A stretch of DNA of 64,000 nt from an uncultured Thermoplasmata archaeon (GTDB lineage Archaea > Thermoplasmatota > Thermoplasmata > Lutacidiplasmatales > UBA184). The stretch is taken from NCBI GenBank assembly GCA_963797975.1, contig CAWCRH010000003.1:71099-135098 (forward strand), given 5' to 3'. The notes below the pieces were generated by a model. The model saw nothing but the letters and a program-made list of their open reading frames with translations, was not told the DNA's origin and searched no databases. The position numbers were made by a program, and so were the translations under genes. Shown piece by piece: positions 55,875 to 64,000 of this stretch. The number at the start of each line of letters is the position of its first letter. The stretch's first letter is position 1.

Positions 55875-58710
55875 ATGACAACGCACAACGTGGACCGGAT
55901 GCTCAACCCTCAGAGCGTCGCGGTCATCGGAGCCAGCGACAAGGAAGGGACGGTCGGGTTCACGCTGGCGCACAACTTGGTCAAGGGAGGATTCCAGGGC
56001 CGCGCGTACCTCGTTGCGCTTCGGGCCCGGCAGATCCTGGGTCAGCGTACCTATCCGTCCGTCCGCGACGTCCCCGAACCGCTGGACCTCGCCTTGGTCG
56101 CCACCCCAGCGCAGTCGGTTCCGGAAGTGATCCAGGAGTGCGGTGAGGCGGGGGTCAAGGGAGCCGTAATTCTGTCCGGCGGTTTCAAGGAGACCGGGGC
56201 CGCGGGTAAGGCACTGGAGGACCGCGTCCTGGAGGTCGCGAGGAATTACGACCTGCGACTCGTCGGCCCGAACTGCCTCGGCGTGGTGCGGCCAGGGCTG
56301 AACCTCAACGGCACGTTCCTGAACACGATGCCGAAGGCGGGTAACATCGCCTTCATCTCGCAGAGCGGCGCGCTCGGCTCCGCTGTCCTCGACGTCGCGG
56401 TCCACGAGAACATCGGCTTCAGTGCCTTCGTGTCGGTAGGTTCGATGATCGACGTCGACTTCGGCGACCTGGTGGACTACTTCGGGAGCGACCCCCAGAC
56501 GCGGAGCATCCTGATGTACATCGAAGGGATCACGAACGCCCGCAACTTCATGAGCGCCGCGCGGCACTTCGCGCGGACCAAGCCCATCATCGTCGTCAAG
56601 GCGGGACGCTACCGCGAAAGCGCTCGCGCGGTCGCCTCGCACACGGGCTCGCTCTCGGGAGAGGACCAGATCTATGAGGCAGCGTTCAAGCGGGCCGGCA
56701 TCGTTCGGGTCGACGAGGTCGCCGACCTGTTCAACGCGGCAACGGTCTTGAGCGCCCAGCCCCCGCTACCGAAAGGACCTCGCCTCGCCATTATCACCAA
56801 CGCCGGCGGCCCCGGGATCATGGCGACGGACTCGCTCATCGGACACGGAGGAACGCTCGCCGAACTCAGTCCCCGAACGCTCGAGGCGTTGAACGCCGCG
56901 ATGCCCGCGTTCTGGAGCCATGGTAATCCCATCGATGTGCTCGGCGACGGCGGGGCGGACCGGTATCGAACGGCGCTCGCCGCCTGCCTTCAGGACGACC
57001 AGGTCGACGGGATCCTCGTCCTTCACACGCAACAAGCGGTCTCTCAGCCCATCGACATCGCGAAGATGGTCGTGGAGGTCGTGGACGGGAAGGAGTACCC
57101 CACCAAGACGATCCTTACTTCGTTCCTCGGCCGGACTGGCGTCGACGCGGCGGACCGTCTCCTAGCGGCGAACCACATCCCAATGTACCCGACCCCGGAG
57201 CAGGCCACGAAAACGTTCACGACGATGAACCAGTATCGGCGAAATCTCGAACTTCTCTACGAGACCCCGCACGAACTACCGATCTACCCGGTGCCGCCCA
57301 AGCGACCGATCAGCGCACTTCTACGCAAAGTGGCGAAATCCGGACGCACCATACTGACGGAGGAGGAGGCGAAGCGGCTCCTCAAGTATTATGACTTCCC
57401 GACCGTCCCGACCGTCATCGCCTACAGCGTAGAGGAGGCCGTCGCCTCCGCCCAAGAGATCGGATACCCGGTCGTGATGAAGATCCTCTCCCCCGACATC
57501 ACTCACAAATCGGACGCGGGCGGAGTCGCCCTGAACCTCGGTTCGGAGGCGGAGGTCCGCAAGGAGTTCGACGGGCTGATCGCGAGGGCTCATGCGTTCC
57601 AGCCGGACGCGGAGATCACCGGCGTCACCGTCCAGCCGATGGTCCGGACGAAGTCCTACGAGCTCATCATCGGGGGAAAGACCGACCCCATCTTCGGACC
57701 GGTCGATCCTGTTCGGAATGGGTGGGGTGGGTGTAGAACTGCTCAAGGACACGGCTCTCGGTCTTCCGCCGCTCTCCACCACGCTCATCCACCGGATGCT
57801 GGAGGAGACGAAGGTCTACCAGCTCTTGAAAGGGCACCGCAACCAGCCGGCGGTGAACCTCGAGTTGCTCGACCGCACGCTCCTTCGGGTCTCCCAGCTC
57901 CTGGTCGATTTCCCGCAGATCAAGGAGATCGACATGAATCCCACTTTGATCTCCGCGAGCGAGGTCAGCATCCTCGACGCGCGGATCGTGGTGGACCCAG
58001 AGATCGCGCTCTCGGAGATCGAACCCCGCGCCCGGCTCGTGATCAGCCCGTACCCGCAAAAGTACGAGACACGCTGGACCCTACGTGACGGCGAAGAGGT
58101 CCTGCTCCGACCCATCCGGCCCGAGGACGAACCGATGTGGCTCGAGATGTTCCGAGGGTTCTCCGAGGACTCGATCCGGTACCGGTTCTTCACGGTGATC
58201 AAGGACACGCCGCACGAGATGCGGGTACGCTACTGTAACATCGACTATGACCGTGAGATCGCCATCGTCGCCGAGGTCACCCGAGAGGGCCGCAAACAGA
58301 TCCTCGGGGTCGGCCGGCTCCCTCTCGAGGCCGGCGGCAAGAAGGGCGAACTCGCCTTCATCATCACGGACACGTGGCAGGGGCTCGGGCTAGGCACGAA
58401 AGTGGTCGACCACGTCCTCGAGGTGGCCCACGACATGGGGGTGGAGGAGGTCTACGCGTTCATGCTCCCCGACAACTTCCGCGCGCAGGCCTTGCTGAGG
58501 AAGATGGGCTTCGAGCTCCACGAGCTCGAGGATGGCACGGTCCGCGCGACCCTCCGGTTCCACGAAGCCCCGCCCGCCGAGGTTCCCGGCCTCCCGAAGC
58601 CGCCGCCTAAGCTCGAGACGCTCGAGCGAGCCGCAAAGACCGTGTCGACCCCTGTTACGGAGACGGCTCCGCCTACCGCGACCGGTGCCGCTTCTGGATC
58701 CCCCAAGTGA
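55875..58710 (+). CDS. Acetate--CoA ligase-like/GNAT fusion (Pat/PatZ-type lysine acetyltransferase), frameshift near 57706
   Basis: P.SVAVIGAS, GPNCLG, SQSGA, SHTGSL, TNAGGPG, HKSD.GGV, DP.FGP; C-terminal GNAT LRPIRPEDE, IDYDRE.A, WQGLGLG. Confidence 0.9.
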
Positions 58711-58875
58711 CCCCGGGCCGATCCGACCGGGAGGACTCGGTCTTCCCTAGCGGGCGCGACCTAAGGAGGCACTTTTCCGGGCGCGGGAGCTTGGGGGAGG
58801 GTCCCAACGGAGCGGGGTCCGCTCCGTGGGTGCGAAGCAGGTCTGCCTCCCGCTCGCCTTGCGAGAGGGGCGTGC

Positions 58876-59496
58876 TCACGGGGTGAGCGAGGCCACGCCG
58901 GGTCGAGCGGGGAGGGTGGAGTATGGTCCGAACGTCGGACGCGGCTCCTCTTGGATGGACAAGGTCACCACCACACGGTCCGGATGGTTCTCGATCGCGT
59001 GGGGGAACCCGCACCCTCGGAACACTTCGAGCATCGGGGCGTTCTTTCGAAGGACCATGGCTCGGAAGGTCCGGATCCCCGCATCGCGCGCGACGCGAGC
59101 GAGGTGCGTCAGCAGGATCGTTGCCACGCCTCTCCCTTGGAAGGCGTCCGTGACGAGGAAGGCGATCTCGGCGGAGGGGGAGCGCGAGCCGTCGCGAACA
59201 TACTCGCCGTGACCGGCCAGGTCGCAGCGATTGCCGACCTCACAGTACAGAAGCAGCGAAAGAGCGAGGGAGGGGTCGGCCGTTCGTACCACCTCGGTCA
59301 AGGCCATGTCCTCGCTCACCGGAGAGAAGAACCGCGTCTCGATCGATTCCTTGGAGGTCCGGCGCAGAAAGTCGATGACCATGTCCCGGTCCCCGGGCCG
59401 CGCCTGGCGCACCACGACCGGGGTCCCGTCCCGCAGGCGGTCCGTGCTATCGGGGACCGCGACGGGTGCCTTCACGTGGGGGGAGAGCTCGCCCAT
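58876..59496 (-). CDS. Stand-alone Pat-type GNAT acetyltransferase
   Basis: LRDG..V.VR...P.D, S.ES...RFF, AEIAF.V.D.FQGRGVAT, N.PML.VF...GF. Confidence 0.88.
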   Translation of the reverse strand: MGELSPHVKAPVAVPDSTDRLRDGTPVVVRQARPGDRDMVIDFLRRTSKESIETRFFSPVSEDMALTEVVRTADPSLALSLLLYCEVGNRCDLAGHGEYVRDGSRSPSAEIAFLVTDAFQGRGVATILLTHLARVARDAGIRTFRAMVLRKNAPMLEVFRGCGFPHAIENHPDRVVVTLSIQEEPRPTFGPYSTLPARPGVASLTP

Positions 59497-59707
59497 GAGT
59501 CAAACCCTGCTCGGTATCGTAGCCCCGAGCGCCATTTGAACCCGGCGTCGGCTCGACTTGAGCGGCCGTAAGCCACCGGGGTGCGTGAACCGGAGGGAAC
59601 CGGAGATCGGCCAGCGTACGTCGCGTGCGGAGAGGCGACCCGCCGAAACCCTAAGCAAGGGGCGCGTGGGCGCGAACGTCATAGTCACTCGCGTGGATGG
59701 AGGACCG

Positions 59708-60490
59708 ATGCGCACGAGCCAAGTCGCTCGAGAATTTGACGCGATATCTCCGGCCTACGACTCGACCCGGGACCCGCTGGACGCCGTGACCCTCACCGCC
59801 CTTGCCTCGGCGCTCCGCGAGGCGGGGGTGCGCCGCCTGCTCGAGGTCGGTGTCGGAACCGGCCGAGTGGCCTCCCCCCTCATCGAACAACGGTTTGACG
59901 TCACGGGGATCGACGCTTCGCGCGGGATGCTCGGTCGGGCCCGGTCGAAAGGCCTCACCCGGCTCGTGCGCGGCAGCGCCTACCAGCTCCCGTTCCGCGA
60001 CGACACCTTTGATGCGACCTTGTTCGTCCATGTCCTGCACGTGCTAGAAGAGCCCGAACTCGCGCTCCGAGAGGCGGGTCGCGTCGGACGCAATGGGCCG
60101 TTTGCCCTGGTGCACCCGGCCGACGCTCATCCGGGCGAACGGACAGCGGCCGACTCGGCGCGACGGATGCTGCTAGAAGAGCTGCAGAACCACGGGGTCT
60201 CCATCCCGGACCGGGGCAGTCCTATGCGACGCGAGCGCGAGATCCTGGCCCGCCACCCTCCCAACCAGCTGACCGTGCTCTCCGAGAGGGACGTGACCGA
60301 GTCGCTCGCCCGACGCCTCGACCGGTTCGCATCCCGCGCCCACCGCTGGTCGCTTAAGATTCCTCCCGAAGTGCTCGAGCGTTCCCTGGCCTCCGTGCGG
60401 GAACGGGTGGGCAACCAACAGGTGACGTACCACCGGACCGAGGCCCTCGCCGTGTGGTCGGAAGAGGCGAAGACCGCCCCTTCCCCGTGA
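59708..60490 (+). CDS. Class I SAM-dependent methyltransferase
   Basis: LLEVGVGTGR, GIDAS..ML, LPF.D.TFD, HVLH. Confidence 0.88.
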   Translation: MRTSQVAREFDAISPAYDSTRDPLDAVTLTALASALREAGVRRLLEVGVGTGRVASPLIEQRFDVTGIDASRGMLGRARSKGLTRLVRGSAYQLPFRDDTFDATLFVHVLHVLEEPELALREAGRVGRNGPFALVHPADAHPGERTAADSARRMLLEELQNHGVSIPDRGSPMRREREILARHPPNQLTVLSERDVTESLARRLDRFASRAHRWSLKIPPEVLERSLASVRERVGNQQVTYHRTEALAVWSEEAKTAPSP

Positions 60491-60559
60491 GCCCTATGGA
60501 CGCCCGAACCGTCACCGCTTAACCGTGCAACGTTCCTTAGGCCTGAGAGGGTCGGCTTC

Positions 60560-63413
60560 GTGAGAGAGCGTCTCGTCGTTGTGCTCGCGCTCTTCGTCGG
60601 TGTAGTGATGGTCGGCTCGGCGGTCGGGCTCGTCGCTGCTTTCCCGGCCTCCGCAGGGGTCCGCTCCCTCAGTGGGGTTGCTGGTTCGGGCGCGCCCACG
60701 CTGCCCCCCGCGTTCTTCTCGACGGGAGAGAACGCTTCGGTGGTCCTGGGGAAATCGAACTTCACGGTGTCACCCGCGCTCACCAACGCCTCGACCCTGT
60801 GCGACTCGAACACGGCCACGTTCGACGCCGCGGGGGATCTGTGGGTCGCGGACTACTGCGACAATCGTGTCCTCGAGTTCCTGCCGCCCTTCTCCAACGC
60901 GATGGGGGCGCGTCTCGTCCTAGGCCAGGCGAACTTCACCGGAAATGCCGCCGGCACGAGCGCCGGGAGCATGGCCCAACCGAGCGCCCTCGCCTTCGAC
61001 GGCTAGCGGAGACTTGTGGGTCGCCGACACCTTCAACAACCGGGTCCTCGAGTTCCAGCCGCCGTTCACCTCCGGCATGGCTGCCCACGTTGTGATTGGC
61101 CAGGCGACCTTCGACACGAAGGGCGGGGGGAGCGCGAGCGGCCAACTGGACGGTCCGGACGCCGTGGCGTTCGTCGCCTCGGGGGATCTCTGGGTCTCCG
61201 AGTTCCTGAACAACCGCCTGACCGAGTACGCACCCCCGTTCGAGGACGGCATGCCCTCTTTGGTCGTGCTCGGACAACCCAGCTTCGGTCCTTCCGCCCC
61301 GGGAATCGGGGCGAACCACCTTCGCGGACCGTTCGGCATCGCCTTCAACGCGACCGGGGCACTATGGGTTGGTGACACCAACAACAACCGCCTGCTCACC
61401 TATCTCCCTCCGTTCTCTTCCGGCGAGAGCGCGAATCTCGTCCTCGGGCAACCGAACTTCACGAGGAACGCACCGGGGCTGGGTCCATCGTCCTTCTACG
61501 GACCGAACTATCTCTCCTTCGACTCGCTTGGAAACCTCTGGGTCGGCGACACGAACAACAATCGCGTGTTGGAGTTCCGGGCGCCCGTGACACCATCGAG
61601 CCGGGCCGCCCTCGTCCTCGGGCAGCCGAACGCAACCGCGCGTCTCGCCCACACTTCGCCGAATGGAATGAGCAACCCAGAGGAGGCGATCGTCGCGCCC
61701 GACGGGTCCGTCTATGTCGTCGAGTTCTCCAACAGCCGCATCCTTCGCTTCGCTCCGCCGCTCGCGAACGGGAGCGCGGCGGACCTCGTGATCGGGCAGG
61801 TCGGCTTCACGACCTCCACCACCGCACCGACCGCCGCCACCCTCGGACGAGCGGTGGTGAGTGCGTTCGATGCCGCTGGCGACCTCTGGGTGGTCGACAC
61901 CTACGACAACCGGGTGCTCGAGTTCCCGTCCCCGGTCGTGACGAACGAGGCGGCGACATTGGTGCTCGGGCAACCGACCCTCAACGACAGCTTGAACGGG
62001 CAATCGGGTTCGAACCTCTTCCTCCCCGAGGGGATTTCCTTCGCGCCGGACGGCGCCCTCTGGGTGTCCGACACGTTCAATAATCGACTGCTTGAGTTCG
62101 TGCCGCCGTTCACGACCGGAATGTCGGCGAGCGTCGTCCTGGGACAGCCGAACTTCACATCTTCCCAACCGGGCACCACCGACCGGTCGCTGGCGCTTCC
62201 CTCAGGCATCACCTTCGACGCGCAGGGGGACCTGTGGGTCGCTGACGCCCTCAACAGCCGGGTCCTCGAGTTCCGGCCGCCGTTCTCGACCGACGAAGTG
62301 GCCACGACGGTCATCGGTCAGGCGGACTTTACGAGCTTCCTTCCCGGGACGTCTCCCACGTCCCTCTTTTTCCCTTCCGGGGTAGCGTTCGACGCGAACG
62401 GCACGCTCTATGTTTCCGACACGGAGAACGACCGCGTCGTTTCGTTCCCCTCCCCGCTCACGATGGGGGAGGCCGCGACCGGTGTCGTCGGACAGACGAA
62501 TCTCTACTCCGGAGGGTCCGGGAGCGGCCCTGGCGCCCTCGATGGACCCGGTGGGATCGCGGTCGATCCCCGTGGCCAGCTCTGGGTGGCGGACACGGGG
62601 AACAACCGGGTCGTCCGCTACCCGCTTCCGATCACCGACGGGAGCCCCGCGAATCTGGCGCTCGGCCAAGGAAGTCTGACGACCCACGAACCGGGAACGA
62701 CTTCAGACGCGCTGCGGGGCCCAGCGGGGGTCACTGTCGACGCGGTCTATGGGGGAGTCTGGGTCGCCGATTACGGCAATAGCCGTCTCCTCTTCTTCCC
62801 GGGCAACGCGCTCGCCGTAGCGACCGGCACGGTAACGTTCGAGCAGGGGAAGGGCGCGGTCAACCAGCGGCCCGAGACCGGGGTCCAACTGAACTTCACG
62901 AGCGTCAGCGGGATCTCCTCGGCCGTGGTCGTGACCCAGCGGCTCGCCGGCGCGCCACGCATCGTCACGCCGACCGGGTTCGCGAACACTTCCTACTTTG
63001 ACGTCACCGTCACGCCGGCCGCGGGGGCCTTCGGCGTGGTGCAGACCTGCCTCACCGTCCCGGGCGTCCAGGTCCTCTCCGCGATTCTCTACTGGACGGG
63101 CTCTTCATGGGTGCTCGCAGGGTCGGTGAGCGCGAACAAGGACACCGCCTGCGCGATGGTACCGCTGTCCGCGCTCGGGGGGACTCCAATCGCCCTTTCC
63201 ATCCCCGGGCCCTCCGTTCTGCCTGCGTTCCCGACGCTGTACTTGTTCGGCTACGCGACGATCGGCTTCATCATAGTCGCCGTCGGCCTGATCCTGTTCA
63301 ACCTTCGCCGGCAGCGTCGTCTCGCCGCCCGCCCCCCGTCGGGGGGTTCACCGGGCCCTCCGCTCTCCTCCTCCGGAGGGCCCAAAGAGCCGTCGAAGCG
63401 CGGCCCCTCTTAG
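60560..63413 (+). CDS. Secreted, membrane-anchored NHL-repeat protein (12 repeats), frameshift near 61000
   Basis: Signal-like N-terminus; repeats FD..GDLWVAD..NNRVLEF.PPF..G..A..VLGQ.NF; C-terminal TM followed by RRQRR. Confidence 0.88.
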
Positions 63414-64000
63414 GCGGTGAACGAGTCCAAGAACTTCCACCAGGCGCCGACCGTCGCCGTGGTGGCCCGCACCGCCTTCCGCATCCCTTCGGGGCGATCC
63501 TTGAGCTCTCGCGCGAGGAGCGCTCGCTCGGCGCGAGAGTGGGCTAGGTCCGCCTCGGTGTGCACGCGGAAGAACTCGAGGCCGCGGGCCGCCGTTACGC
63601 CGTAATAGGCCCGCAGACCGCGCGCTTTCTCGGCGGCGACCTCCGGGAAGATCGACTCGTACGCATAGAGCGCCGACAGCGCTTCCGGGGCCGTCCCGTC
63701 CAGCGTCCACCGCTCGTAGTTTTGGAGGAGCGCGCGCGTCTCAGGACGGAGGTTGGCTCGCGTAACGGCAGTCCGGGAGGTCCCGATGGCCTCGGCGAAG
63801 CGGAGCCACAGTTCCGGATGCGTGGGGTCGCGACCCTCCTCGTCCACCAGGTTCTCGAGCAGCGTCCGCCGCCCCGCGGGATTCTCGATCCGTCCATAGG
63901 CTCCGGCGACGTAGCGCGGAAAGTTCCGCTCGAACTGGTAGTACTGCCCCGCGTACGCCTGCAAGGTCGACCGTTCGACCTCGCCCATCGACCAGGCGGC
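63410..64000 (-). CDS. CADD/PqqC-like heme-oxygenase-fold diiron protein (5' end beyond the window)
   Basis: Y..QYY.FE..FPRY, ENL.DEE....H..LW..FA, LYAYES, FF.VH..AD..H. Confidence 0.82.
   Translation of the reverse strand, partial: AAWSMGEVERSTLQAYAGQYYQFERNFPRYVAGAYGRIENPAGRRTLLENLVDEEGRDPTHPELWLRFAEAIGTSRTAVTRANLRPETRALLQNYERWTLDGTAPEALSALYAYESIFPEVAAEKARGLRAYYGVTAARGLEFFRVHTEADLAHSRAERALLARELKDRPEGMRKAVRATTATVGAWWKFLDSFTA

Noticed and set aside
58715-58870. ncRNA between Pat and the GNAT gene
   Set aside because: Only short GC stems (e.g. ACGGAGCGG/CCGCTCCGT) between convergent stops; adequately explained as terminator-like or chance

Overview
GC-rich archaeal chromosome segment. The marker set (gatDE, egsA, hel308, ftsZ-secE-spt5-rpl11, smc-scpA-scpB, Thermoplasmata-type integrase, thermopsin-like surface repeats) points to Thermoplasmata; this is an inference. 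Bases 1-40.5 kb and 55.6-64 kb are mostly housekeeping and metabolic genes. Two tRNA genes, Pro(UGG) and Arg(GCG), each carry an intron at the same non-canonical D-loop position. A ~15 kb island (40632-55597) is integrated at the 3' end of tRNA-Arg and bounded by a 16-bp direct repeat. It encodes a tyrosine integrase, followed by an unexplained ~0.8 kb structured, probably non-coding module: two related long hairpins with attC-like geometry flank a 12 x 12-bp pseudo-palindromic tandem array. The island also holds four IS elements (IS3, IS110/IS1111, IS701, IS481). Removing two of them in silico restores, in frame, a secreted sequon-rich pentapeptide-repeat/G1 glutamic peptidase and a SAP-like/PD-(D/E)XK nuclease. 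About nine single-base frameshifts, including one in leuS, look like sequencing indels. All assignments come from reading motifs by eye; no database searches were run.
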